Shown: positions 51,571 to 64,000, counted from the stretch's first letter. The stretch is DNA of 64,000 nt from Narcine bancroftii (GCF_036971445.1 NC_091471.1:297476001-297540000), one strand, 5' to 3'. The notes: generated by a model from the sequence alone, not told the origin. Translations and numbers: made by a program.

Positions 51571-53079
51571 ATTTAAAAAAGATAATAAGCGTGAAAGTCC
51601 TAATGCAGGATCATGATCCAAAACATGGACCATGCCTTTCCCTCCACAGATGCTGACTGACCTTCTGAGCTCTTCCAGTGCTTTGTTTTTTCTTGCACAA
51701 GTTTTGAAGTGTATCCTGTCTTTTCTCTTGAAAGCAAGACTATTTCTTCTAATCCTAGATGCCAAAAAAAGTTTATTCTTTCTTTCTACCCTGTCAGTTT
51801 TGGAGCATTTAAATGTACAAAAGATCATACAAATTTTGCTTATAAATCCACGATACTCTAGATGAATACAAGCTGTCTAAACAATGACACAAGTGTGTTG
51901 AGTTCTCTAACTATGACCATACTACATTTTGCTTCCTTGTATTCCAGTCCTCGGATACTAAAGAACCTAACCCTCAGGTCAGCATTTTATTATTAATGCA
52001 TCCTGTGGCTTTGAACTTCGACTCTTTCCAAATTTTCATCATTTAAAGCAATTTGTTCTATTTTTGGTGCATGCTCATTGGCAACATAGAAAATATTTAT
52101 TAAATGAAAATATCCCATATACTTTAAATCAGAGTGGATTACATAAAATCTAATTACATCACTCCTTGTGTTGTAGATTACTGCAGAAAGGTAGCTTACA
52201 GCAACTTTTTATGTAATCGCTTCAATCATGTTTCAATGACAACAGCTTTTTCCGATTCATTCTTTACAAATTATTTGAATGCTGCTATTAACAGCTACGG
52301 CAATGTTAACGGGTCCACTCTGCTTCATCAGTTAAAACACAAATGCTGCAGGAACTCAGCTGGTGTCTCAGCATCCACTGGAGATAAAGCTATAAATGAC
52401 ATTTCAGGCCTGAGACCTTCATCAAAAGGTCTATTTGCTCTATTGAAACACTACTTTTTCTCCTTGCACTAACTATAACTGTGAATCTTTACCTATCTAT
52501 CCTTTCATATTTATTATCTGTGTTTTGCCATATTGTGGTAACATATAATGTATACTATTATAGTTGCTTGGCTGCAGCAAGAATTTCAGTACATTGTACA
52601 TGGCAAACTCATCAGTCATTAAATTTTCGCACTTCAAATGCATGCTTATCATTTGACAGTGCCCAAGGAATTTGATGCCACAGTCCTTCAATGCCATTGA
52701 CAGATAATGCTCTAGTTTAACAAACTAAACCAAGCAGCTTGACACAGCTATGTCACACAAGGTTTGATGCACAAAGAATCCCAATATCTGGAATTGGTCC
52801 CATATACAGAATGCATGTTTCATTGGGTAGTTAGGCAAATTTACTAATTATCGGTAGTGTCCAATAGTGCTGGGTACTTGGCTAATCTAATGCTTTATTC
52901 AGGCAAGTTCTTATTGCTTTCAAAGGTACCTAACCTTCAAAGGTACCTAGTGAAAATGGTAATTGCTGCCATAACATTGATTGAGGGAGATAATTCTCTT
53001 CCATTCCTTGAAATACTGCCCTGTTACTCAGGTTCCATCCACTTGAATTCCCCACCTTCAGAGATGCAAAACATTATAA

Positions 53080-54130
53080 AACACATTTCAACTTTGTTGT
53101 CACAGAGCACATACATGACATCACTTACAATCGAGATTCTTTTTCCTGCAGGTGTGGCAGAATTACCACTTATGGGTAGTGCAAAACAAAAAAAAATCTG
53201 TGCACAACTTACACTTGCAAACAAGAACTAAACAGATAGCGAATGTAAACAAGCCAACTGCAATACAGAGAGAATTTTTTAAAAAATCAATAAAATGCAC
53301 AATTAAGAGTCCTTTAATGAGTCCCTCATTACGTTTGTTGTGGAGTCTGATGTTAGGGTAGCAGCTGTTCCTGAAACTGGTGGTGAGAGTCTTGTGGCAC
53401 CTATTCCTCTTTAGCCTTCAAAATTATGCTGACCTAAACCTACTTCATGACTCTATCCCTTCCCTCCAACACAGTCCATAACATTCCATTTTTCTTAGAT
53501 CCATGTACCTGATAATTTTCCCTACTGTCTCAGCCTCTACCACCACCCTATAAAAAGCCCATTTATGATATCACCAAGGTGCTGGCTGTCCACTTCATCC
53601 ATGCCTCTCAATCTTTTAGACCTCTCGAGTGGCCTCCATCCCCTGACCCACCAAAGACAAAATCCCTAGCTTGCTTTTCATGACATGTTCTCCAATTCAG
53701 ACAGCATCCTAGTAAATCACCTCTGCACCCTCAAAGCTTCCACATCCTTCCTGTAATGTTGCAACCGGAACAGAACACAATTCTCAAAATATGAATTAAC
53801 CAGAGTATTAAAGAGTTGTAATATTACCTCACAGCTCTTGAACTCATTCCTGTAACTAATGAAGGCTAGCATGGGGCTTCTCAACTACCCTATCAATTTG
53901 CCCAGCAACTTTGAGAAAACTATGAACTTGAACCTCAAGATCCCTCTGTTGCTCCACATTTTAAATTCTGCCATTAACCTTGTATTTTGCCTTCAAGTTG
54001 GATCTTCCCAAGCGTATCAATTCACTCTTCCAGATAGAACTCCATCTGTCACTTCTCTGCCCAACTCTGCACCCTTTCCATATACTGTTGTAACCTATAA
54101 ACATCCACAGTTCTTTTGTGACCTATGACA
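53080..54130 (-). mobile_element. Rex1 3' fragment (53080-53410) and decayed CR1 3' part (53420-54130)
   Basis: 3'UTR matches other Rex1 copies; CR1 motifs atcctagtaaatcacctctgcaccctc, ccggaacagaacacaattctc. Confidence 0.55.
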
Positions 54131-54454
54131 ACCATCACCACCCCTCCCGATCATCATCGCCCTGACTGCTGCCGCCTCTTTCCCCCCCCCCCCTTTGATT
54201 GTGAGCATACATTTAAGGAAGGTAATTTGCCAAATTAAACAGATTGATGAGCTTAGGATATCATAAATCACTCTAATTCAATAATTTTGTTTAAAAGAAT
54301 AATTGAAGATTTATAACAAAAGACGGGATAATCATAGTTTGTCTGATTTTCAACTAGATAGCATTTTTAAGCCACCCAATGTGGGAGATCACACAAAAAA
54401 ATAATCAAAACGAATGTGAAATAGATGAAATCCAAATTAAAAGATGATACTTAC

Positions 54455-54523
54455 ACAAGGTACCATGTTTTCATTCTGAACATTAATCTGTCTTAAAAGG
54501 CGCCTTTCATAGTCTTGATCCAT
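54455..54523 (-). CDS. FZR1: FZR1 coding exon 1 (whole exon 54455-54568)
   Basis: MDQDYERRLLRQINVQNENMVPC; donor gtaagt, acceptor ctgatttcag at 54569; the 13 exons sum to 1482 nt = 493 aa plus stop. Confidence 0.97.
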
Positions 54524-56951
54524 AGTTAATGGAGATAAATGACGGTAAGTTTTATCAAGATGGCAGATCTGAAATCAGGAAAGGAAAGTTATTTCTAAAA
54601 CAAATATAAACATTTGTCTACATGTTTTGGGTGGTACAGCTGCACTGTTTTACTGTTACAGAGACCCAAATGTGAACCTGATCTTGGGATTATCTACATT
54701 AAGTTTTTAAATCAATAACCATGCAGACTTCCTCTGGGTATTGCATTTTCCTCCCACATCTCAGACAAGTTATACTTTAGTTAGACTAGTATCCAAAAGA
54801 ATCAAAGGGAAGTTGATGGGCAAATGTGAGAGACATTTATTACACATACACAGGCAATAATTTGAGGGAGGGCAAATTATAAGCAGATAAATTCACTTCA
54901 TAACCATCTTGGGGGACATCAGTGCTTGAACTAACTGCCAAATTTGATCAGATAAAAAAAAGCATCAAAAATTCTACAAGAATTCACAACCTCAAACATT
55001 TGGAAATCCCAAATCGAAAGTTGCCACAAAGGAATTATGGAAATGTAACAGGTTTGCAGGAGGTAAATACCCATTCCGATGGCTATATCCGTAGCCTTAT
55101 AAATTATGGCCAAGGCCCATTTAAATCCACTGTTCTCCAACAATGCTATCCTTTCCCACAAAGTGCACCAGTGCATCTCCATCCTGTCTGACCAGTATTG
55201 TAGAAATTATTTTTCATGAATTTTTGTAAATTAATGACTCTGGATTAAAAAAAAGTCCTTCTTATACACTTTAGGGTCTTCAAACTTGTACACTTAGACA
55301 TTTTAAACCCCTCTGTTTAAAGACTCAGTCTAAATAATGACTGCTCTCCAACCATCATTTGCATATGGTTGCAGCTCTCGTATGTTTTGAATGGTCTTCA
55401 GATAGCATTATGCCATGTTCTTTTAAATATAAATTTAGACATACGGACCTTCTGGCCCACGAGCCCATGCCGCCTAAATATACTAATTGACCTACAAATC
55501 CCACACATTTTTGGAGGATGAGAAGAAATCCACACAGATACAAAGAGAACATACAAACTCCTTAAAGAATGCGCCATATTCCAATCAAGATCACTTCAAC
55601 AGTGTGGCAATAACCACTAAATTAACTTGCCATTCTCTATTAAGTCTCAATATTCTGCTTCATCTTCCCTTAAAAAGTTCTTAAAAGATTAAGTAAATGA
55701 AACATGACTGAAAACATTGCTCCAAACACATGTTCTTTGCCAATTCAAATTTATAGCTAGGTTCTTTTTCCTTATGAAATAACCTTATTCAATTAGCAGT
55801 GGTCCGAGAAAGGAAATGAAAATAACTTCCAATTCTCATGTAGACAAAATATTTGGATAATACATATGGCAGTATTCATGGTTCCATCAACAACAATGCA
55901 ACAATTCTGTAAAAGAGAATGCACGTAATTGGGAGAACCAGAAGTTGTTCTGGTGAACGGTAGACAAAACTACCTTAATTCTAAAAAACTAATCACACCT
56001 TGGGAACAACAACTGTCTGAACAAGCAGGATCAGTGAGATAAGGTATGCCTGCAGGTTAACATTCAAACCAACTGATTAGTAACTATTTTGCAAAACAAC
56101 AAATGTGGCAATTACAGCAAGTGATGCACATCACATTGAACGACAGGAATTGGGGATTATGGCGCATTCCTTCACATTACAAGGTAACCATTAGATATTG
56201 ATTGCTATGTTAACCAATTCCACCATAATTTAATAAGCAGAAGTAGATACTGAATTAGATGGCCTTTCCTTCAGCAACTTTGGTTAACAAGTACAATGAG
56301 TACAGAGTACTGATATTCTTAAAGATAGTTGAACAGAATTAGAACAAAATCAGGTACTGAACTGACATAACAGATTTTGTTGAGGAATTGTGTGTACCAT
56401 CTTTATTTTTAAAAAAAATTGTATGCAAATCAGGCCTGTATACTCCCAATAAGGTGAAATGACAGAACCGCAGATCTTAGAACAGTAAACAGCACAGGTA
56501 ACAGGCTACCACAGTTTATGATGAGCGCTTACAGAGATCCATTTCATCTTACCTAGAATAAAAGAACTAGGAGGCATGGTCTGCTTTTGGAGATGAGAAA
56601 CATGAATTTGCTCAAACAATATTGCAATCAAAAAAGTGGTTTTAGCTCCAGTGGGATGACTGTTAGCTAGAATTCAAGCATCAGGCAAAAAAAACCCAGA
56701 TACTGCCTCTCTGTTAGTTCTCCATTCATAGAACGAACATGCAGTCTCAAGCAACTGGAAATCCATGTACATGTTGGATACCAGGGTCTTTATTGTATTA
56801 AAATACAAATTGGATTATTTATTCAGAAAGTTATACAATATGAAATACATGACAAAGATGTGGCCCATGATTCCCAAAGCACCAACACCCTTCACTTTTC
56901 TCCATGTCTAGCCAAGAGATTGCCAGTAATAAAGTCCATTATCATTGTACT

Positions 56952-57315
56952 TGTTAGGTCTGCTTTGTTCATGAATGAGTGAGACAAACACCAGACTGAG
57001 TCGAAATCAGGGTTCTTTGTTCTTTATTACCGGATTGTAACACTTGCAACTAACAATGTTAGTCGGAGAATGCATTCTGCCGTTATCAGCAAAATGGTGA
57101 TTTTTTTATACCCTTGGATACGTGCTTAGAACATCATCATATCATTACTTGTCCAATGACTAAAACTGTTGCTATCCTTTCCCTGCTAGCTTCCTGCCTC
57201 TCAATCCATCAATGTCTCTCTTATCTTGTAAGTACAAGGATGCATTCACATCTTGTTACAGCCCTGCACAGGATAACTCCTTACACATTCCCATCTCATG
57301 ATGTTTTACCTTACA
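56952..57315 (-). mobile_element. Solo LTR (364 bp) with 4-bp TSD, Gypsy/ERV-type
   Basis: tgttagg...ccttaca termini, TACT on both sides (56948-56951, 57316-57319); minus-strand TATAAAA 57110-57104 and AATAAA 57028-57023. Confidence 0.85.
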
Positions 57316-57633
57316 TACTGCACACACATTATGATAATAGGTGAAGAATCCAAACCAAAGCATAGAAAAGATAAACGGTTTGCAAAACAAAAACCTGTGG
57401 GAGTGTTTTGGGGGCAAATTACCCTCATCAATTTCACAGCTCAATTCAAGAATAATTGTTGTCAATAGTTCTGTCACCAATTATTTCCCACAAGTATAAT
57501 TTTCTATTTACATTGGTTTATACAGAAATCTAGTGTGTTACATGGAGATGTGCTTCATGTTGTGATCTAAATCCTAAACTTTAGCATTCTGCTCTTTTCA
57601 GATACTACATGATCTGCCTTTATCAAATTAGAC

Positions 57634-57817
57634 CAGCCATTCCCAACCTTTTATTGACTACAGCCCCCTTAGAACTCTGCTCAAAGTTTATGGGCCCCCT
57701 TCCCTGTGAAGCAGTCTAGTTGGCTTCTTCTGAACTTCTCTCCTACTGACTACATAAAAAACATTTATGATTTCAGTCTTCTTTCAGTGTGCTGTGGCTT
57801 CCATTGAGAATGGCTGG
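57634..57817. mobile_element. hAT-like MITE (same family as 10860-11046)
   Basis: TIRs ccagccattcccaa / ttgagaatggctgg. Confidence 0.65.
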
Positions 57818-59156
57818 ATCAGAGGAATTATTTTTTTAAATTACACCGCACGCAAATAAAAAGGAATCAAAATGTTGTGACACTTAGGAGATACAATGAA
57901 AGGGGAGCAGAAAATCAGCCCCGTGGAAACAAACAATTGTGAATGTTTCAGGTCACCTGTCAGAGCGTGTTTGATACAGAAAGTTAATTCATTCTATTTC
58001 TCCAGCTTACTGAGTGATTCCAGCAATTCTGCTTTAGCTCCCCATTTATAGCACCAGTCTAAATTTTTTTAAATTTTATGAACAAGCCTGACCAATGATT
58101 CACACTCAAAACAAAAAAACATGAAATGAACAGATCTCATACCCCAAATACCATTGGTGGGTCATTAATATGCCTAAAGTGGCATTGGTGTGATTGTGAA
58201 CAGACATGCCAGCACATTAAATATTGTGTGGGTTCAATGATAACCTGCAGCCTGTTGACAAGTAGTGACAATGCAGAAAGACTGAACAATACATTTTTGT
58301 TTGGAGAGGTTACACGGTCATTGAAAGCAAATTCCTACAGCTGAAAGACAGATCTAAAACTATAAACTGGACTAGAATGGAGGCGTTGTCCTCTAAGGGA
58401 AGGACAAATGCCCAGGAATTCAGAGTAAGCCTACCTAGCTCCAGTTACCTGCTGAGACCAAGAAATGCATTGGAACAAGTACCAACTAGGAACATCATAA
58501 CAATAGGTACCTGTCAGGACTTGGTACTCCCCTGCCACCAGTTACCTGCAAGGATCCGGCAACCTCTTGGCCTTTACACTCCTCTCACAGAGTAACCACC
58601 AGAACCAGATACACCCTTGCACCAAACACAGCCATGAGACACCACTTTTCCATTTTAACAGCCACTCCCAGTAGCAGGAATTGATACTGAGTAACTCCCT
58701 GCTAACTACGCCTTCCCTAGCACCAGATACCCATCACAGACACACACCACCCCCTTGGCATCAGATACCCATTAGTACCATACAACATTGGAATTAATAT
58801 TCCCCTGACACCATAACCTACCAGACTGAATACAAGCAGGACTCTGTACCCCAGCAGAACTCTGGCACTGGGGACCAAACTCAGATAGTCTGGATAGGAA
58901 AGTCTCCAGCTTCACAAACACCCAGCCCGGCCCCTCCAACCACCCCCCCCCCCCCCAGGTAAACGCGCCCCGGCCCTTCCACCCCCCCCCCCCCCCCCCC
59001 CCCCCCCAGGCCTATCGCCCGCGTACCCGCCGAACTCCCCGCGACCGGCCCCTCCCCTCCCCTCCCCCCCCCCCCCACGACCATGTCGCCGGACCCCGCG
59101 CCCGTCCTTCAACCGGGACCCGGTCCCCCATTTCCTCGGCTGATTCCAACACGGAC

Positions 59157-59235
59157 CTGGTGATACCCAGACGAGCTCCGGCCGCCTCAGCACAACATGG
59201 CGGCACCTCCTTCCGGCGCAGATTCCAGCCGCCCG
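59157..59235 (-). other. FZR1: Candidate non-coding first exon of FZR1 (donor CAG|gtccgt at 59156; alternative donor AAG|gtaacg at 59243)
   Basis: CpG island, YY1-type gccgccatgttg; the ATG exon opens with an acceptor, so an upstream exon is required. Confidence 0.5.
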
Positions 59236-59520
59236 ACCGTTACCTTTGTGACGTCACAGAGATTCAAATTGACGACGGAAGCGCGTCGTCACCATGGCAT
59301 CGTCGTGAGGCGGCGGCGATCGAAGGCTGGGAGTCAGTGTGTTAGCGGGTTCCATCCACCACCCGGCCGGGACAGGCCTTCGCACCGAACGCCCAAAGCC
59401 CCAACCCGATGGGCGAGAGGCCAGGCATCGCTCATGGAGACGGTCGTTTGCACGGGCTCGGGTCCCGGTGGGGTGGTCGCGGGCACTTCCGGGTTCAGAC
59501 AGCGGCCTGGAAGATGGTGG
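59190..59520. promoter_or_regulatory. Probable bidirectional CpG-island promoter: YY1, CRE, CHR and ETS sites
   Basis: aacatggcggc 59194; palindrome tgtgacgtcaca 59247-59258; TTTGAA (minus) 59268-59263; cggaag 59276; cacttccgg 59484; aagatggtgg 59511. Confidence 0.7.
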
Positions 59521-59619
59521 AGAGAATGGTGCTCTCCGTCGTGGCTCTGAACAGGAGGGTTCCTGTTACTGATGAAACGCCGCGCCGATGGCGAGGGTCC
59601 GGGGCTGGTGAGGGTCCGA

Positions 59620-60065
59620 ACGCCGATCCGAGCCCGGGATCCTTTCCCCCAAGGTTCAACTCAACCCCTAAGGATCCAAGGCTTTACCCGGGTCCGAGCC
59701 CCCCCCCCGGATACATTCCCCTGGGGTTCAAACCCCGGGATCCGAGCCTGCCCCCCCCCGGGATACAATCCCCTCAGGTACAAACCCCGGGATCCGAGCC
59801 TCCCCCCCCCCCCGGGATACATTCCCCTGGGGGGTCCAAACCCCGGGATCGAGCCTTCCCCGGGATACATTCTCCTGGAGTCCAAACCCCGGGATCTGAG
59901 CCTTCCCCCTGGGATACATTTCCCTGGAGTCCAAACCCCGGAATCCGAGCCTTCCCGCCGGGTTACATTCCCCTGGGGGTCCAACCCCTGGATCCGAGCC
60001 TTACAATCTCCCAGAAGAACACATCTTCCCCAGGGATCCAAGCCTTTCCCCAGGATACATTCTCT
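59620..60065. repeat. Degenerate ~50-60 bp GC-rich minisatellite, ~8 copies
   Basis: Recurring ggatacattcccctgg...caaaccccgggatccgagcc+(c)n. Confidence 0.85.
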
Positions 60066-61871
60066 TCGGGTTCTGTGCCCCGCCCCCACCCAGGAATTGT
60101 GGCATTACCTGCCTAATCTGTGCTTTCTCCCCCGCCGCCAATCCATCACCCATAGGATCTATTCTCCCAGCCCCCCTACCAGCAGTATCTATGCTGTTTC
60201 CTGACCCCCACCCCTCCCATCACCCCTGAAATCTAAGCTGCTCTCCCCTTCCACATCTAATGCTCTGTCACCCCAGGATCCTTTCTATTCCTCCGCCCTC
60301 CAATGATCCGACACCCCCAAGATCCGTGCCCACATCCCTTGAGATGCGTGTTGTTCCTGCAGGATTAGGGCACTACGGGACATCATCCCAATTTCATTGT
60401 CACCCACTCACATCCACAGGGTCAGAATGGATGGTAACCCTGTTGGCAAAGCTCATTCTTTGCTTCGCTCTCTAAAGATCAGTCCAAATCTCCCCCACTG
60501 CCTGCCAAAAAAAAAACAAATGCATGTCTACGTTCCAAAATATTCCTTCACTCGGACTAGGATTGATAGTTGTAATCTGATTAGATTTTTTAAAAAAAGA
60601 TTTAAAATGAGTGGGGAAAGTTACAGAAAAGACCAGAGGGGCACGTTTGTCTCATGGAGGCTGTGGGTATATGGAATTGAATTCCAAAGGAAGTAGAAGA
60701 TGCAGGTGGATAGGAAAGGTTTGGATGAATATGGGCAAAATACAGGCAAATGTGATTAGCTTGGTTGGCATTGACAAGTTGGGCTGTAATTCTGTGGGGA
60801 ACTATCAGAAACCTTGTGCAAACCATGAGAAGCTAAAGGGACTCAGCAGTTCTGGCAGCATCCATGGAGAAAAATGCAGTTAATATTTCAGGTAAGGACC
60901 CTCTTGGAGATTCTTAGTAAGGAATCCTTTGTTAATAAGACATTCTAGTAAGAATCCCTGACTGGAAACTGAAGAAAATAGAAGCTGTGGTACTTTTGGA
61001 TAAAAAAGAAAAATATTTCAAAAAATAGGTGTATTGACCTAATCTCTATTTTGTTTTGATTCAGATTCAGTGTTTTGTGTACTAACAACAGTTTTTATTG
61101 TCTTATGATATCAGTGTTCCAATGGGCTAAATAACCATATGTGTTTTAAAACTTCATGTCTGTGATTGTCATGACAAAATGGTATCCCTGTCCCCTGACC
61201 AATCTTCCCACCCTAACCACATTGTGTTAGCTATCTCTTCTCGGCTTGCTCAGTCTTCATAAAGGGTTCTGACCCAAAACACCAGCAGTTCTTTTGCCCC
61301 CACTGAGTTCCTCCAGCAGATTGTTGCTCCAGACTCCAGCGTATGCAGTTTCCTGTGCGCTATCCTTTTGTTGCTTACATTTTCGAGCATGCTTTCATTT
61401 GTGTACTGAGGCTGCAACATTTAGTTTTATTTTAAAACTGTGGTGCAGATTAACTTGCTACTCCCATTTAGAATTATAGGTTAAATTAATTCTGTGTATA
61501 CTGATTTTATCATTAAATAGGTCTTGGTTCAGTGGAGCTGTTCTTTCTAAACTGGATGTAATTCAGATATTTTTATTTCTCTGGAAAGTATTGTCAGGAA
61601 ACATGGAGAATTCCTGGAAATAGTTGCTGCACAATTTGTGTCACAGAAGTCATGGTACTGGGTGCATGAAATGAAGTGTTCAACATCCCTTCCTTTGAAT
61701 CCAATTATTGCCAAGATTTCCTTTTGCATGCTATGATACCACATCTCAAGGCAGAAAGAAACCAATACCAAGTCCCTTTGTATTATCTCTTGAAAAAAGC
61801 ATGTTATTAAATCCTGTAGTATTTCTGAATGTTTAAGTAGGATACATAAAGATTTTCCTCTTTGTTTGAAG

Positions 61872-62890
61872 ATGGTGATGGCACATGGAGGTAGTAGCTC
61901 TAACTATCCAACAAGGATCTGGTGTGAGCCCAGAAGCTCAGATTGGTGGGAACATGTTGCTTTGAAGAAATTTCAGCCAAATGATTGGCTAGAGAATTTT
62001 TGAATGTCTCAAGGAACATTGTTTCATGTGCGTAACACACGTTCAACACTCACTTGCGTCCAGCACTACCCCGGAAAAGAGAGTTACAGTGGTATTTTAG
62101 TGACTCACTACTAATGTGGAACACAGAACAATTGTTTGGAATAGGCCGTTCACCTGTGTGTAAATGAGAGAGGAAGGTATGCCATGGCATTGTGTCTCTT
62201 AAATCTTCATATCTGAGTCTGCCTTCTCATGAAGAATTTGAAAGCATGGCTCAAACATTTAGTAGCAAGTGGAATTTCCCCAATGTGTTGGTGCAATTAA
62301 CAGCTGCCACATACCCATCATCACCCCTCCTCATTCAGTTGTGCTACAAGGTATAGTGGACGACACTAGAAAATTCTGGGATATCAGCACTGAATTTTCT
62401 GGTAATTCTCTTGATACAACCATCCTGAAGAATTCTGACTTGTGGAGAATGGCAACTGAAAGAAAACTGTTCCCTGACTGTACAGAAAACATTATAGGCA
62501 CTCCAGTGAAACACCTCCTAATTGGCAGCTCTTCATATCCACTGCAGGAGTGGCTGCTAATGCCATATTCAGAAACTGAAACACTGACACTGCATCAGCT
62601 TGCATTTAACTACGGGTTAAGCCATTTGGATGGTTCAAAGCACTTTGGCAGTGTCTTCTCAAAAGGAATGACTGCAGCCTTGAACTAATTCCAGTGATAA
62701 TCACTGCTGTTGTTTTCTTCACAATGTCTGTGAGAAGCACAAAGATGGGTGTAACAGTGAATGGCTGAGTGTTCTTGGGCAGAAAGAAATTTTGTTAACC
62801 GAACAGTGTCTGATAGAACAGTTGACAGTAAAGCAGAAGAAATTTGTGAGGTATTGTCCATTTAGTCTATGGGTTTGCAGGAAACATAGT
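61872..62890 (+). pseudogene. Harbinger/PIF transposase-derived (HARBI1/ALP1-like, DDE_Tnp_4) pseudogene
   Basis: IWCEPRSSDWWEHVALKKFQPNDWLENF*MS, LFGIGRS, FPQCVGAINSCHIPI, HSVVLQGIVD, IGSSSYPLQEWLLMPY, FGWFKALWQCL, LHNVCE; in-frame stops (e.g. 62001) and frameshifts. Confidence 0.85.
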
Positions 62891-63539
62891 TATCCTTTAG
62901 TTGTATAATTTTTAGTACTTGAAAATTTTTTTCAACACATTTTTTGAATAGGGAAGTCTTGATATTGTGTTATGCCTTTACAATAAAACTCCACTTGCCT
63001 CATTATTCCATGGAAAGCTTGTTGCATTTGTTATGTATGAATGATATTCTGCAATTGTTTGGTTAAATATATCTGCATAAAATTTGATAATACAGTATTT
63101 TAAAATATTCAGTTTGAAATAAATGCAAATGTGAGAAGAGAGTGGAATTGGATTCGAGTTCTGATTCATGTCTAGACATAACTGGCAGTTGTAAAACATT
63201 AAATTGCTACTGCCTTCTAATTTCTACAATCAAGATAAATAGTAGTTTGCCTATGCCACACCTGAGTGTAACTTTTACATCGAAGAAGAAAAAAAACACC
63301 TGATTTAGGAAAATCAAATCTCTCACAATGGATAATAATAGCTATATAAAATTGCAATTTATGCATATTAAAATCCTGGCATTCATTTTCTTTGTAAAAT
63401 CATTTCACATTTTCCCACAGCATTGGAGGCTGCCATCTGGCTCAGCAAGCGAACACCAGTTAATTTAGTTCTGTATCCATTGTTTTTTACATTCTCCTGA
63501 AGCTTTTCCTCTATTACAACAGCTTAATCTGTTCAATGC

Positions 63540-64000
63540 AAAACAAAACAAATTGAGGCACTAGATGAATTCAGCAGGTCAAGCATCAACTATGGAGGCA
63601 TTGGCATGGTCGATACTTTGAGTTGAGCCCTCAAATCAGTATAGAGTATAAAGGTGAGGTACCCAATAAAATAGAGGTAAGGCAGCAGTTGATGGGCAAA
63701 TTGAGACAGGTGTATGAGGGAAAGGTGGAAAAAGGAGTGAAACACAGAAGTCTGCAGATACTGGGATTATAGAAAAACACAATAAATGCTGGAGAAACTG
63801 AGCTGGTCTTGAAGTGTCCATAGGAGCTAAAGGTGTATTACCAATGTTTCAGGCCTGAGCCCTGCTTCCAGGTATAAGCAAAAAGGAGGATACATCTGGC
63901 AGAGAAAGGGAGAAAATGGAGGGGGAGAAGTCCAGACCAACAGACAAAAGGTGTCATTCAGTTATGATAAGAGGGGTGGAGCTATAAGTGATAAAAGTTG
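63540..64000 (+). mobile_element. Repeat-derived short elements (family of gctggagaaactcagc..gcctgagccct), as at 10550, 28170 and 52330
   Basis: aaatgctggagaaactgagctggtc...tttcaggcctgagccct recurs across the window; class not assigned. Confidence 0.5.

Noticed and set aside
18281-59245. Identical 11-mer gaccgttacct at candidate first donors of both MOB3A (18281) and FZR1 (59235)
   Set aside because: Mostly splice-donor consensus in GC-rich context, no wider homology, and the FZR1 site may not be the used donor
59409-60204. 235-aa and 210-aa ORFs by the FZR1 promoter
   Set aside because: Arise from GC-rich island and minisatellite; no recognisable domain
59610-64000. DOHH coding exons expected from human synteny
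   Set aside because: No HEAT-repeat DOHH peptide found in this interval; if present it lies beyond the window

Overview
Vertebrate genomic DNA, probably a cartilaginous fish (inferred from V-SINE/HE1-type SINEs plus abundant CR1 and Rex1 LINEs). Two host genes lie tandemly on the minus strand. FZR1 (Cdh1, the APC/C coactivator) is complete: 13 coding exons from 54523 to 26227 give 1482 nt, 493 aa plus stop, with C-box, KLLR motif, WD40 propeller and IR tail. MOB3A contributes two coding exons (4328-3911, 1384-1182); its last exon appears to lie off the left edge and a candidate 5'UTR exon sits near 18290. The MOB3A CpG promoter is a ~0.5 kb unique island between a G-rich 26-bp minisatellite (~1.1 kb) and a 5.1-kb 68-bp satellite with a 10-unit higher-order repeat; the long 'ORFs' at 16.8-23.6 kb are artefacts of these repeats. 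The FZR1 CpG promoter (YY1, CRE, CHR, ETS motifs) looks bidirectional. On its plus side is a decayed Harbinger/HARBI1-ALP1-like transposase with an apparent splice acceptor and polyA signal and most catalytic acidic residues altered or lost. Introns hold CR1, Rex1, RTE and L1 fragments, SINEs, MITEs, nested insertions and a solo LTR. Best leads: the Harbinger-derived gene remnant, the promoter-abutting structured satellite, and a ~100-bp inverted repeat bracketing an in-frame FZR1 exon. No prokaryotic-type system such as CRISPR is present.
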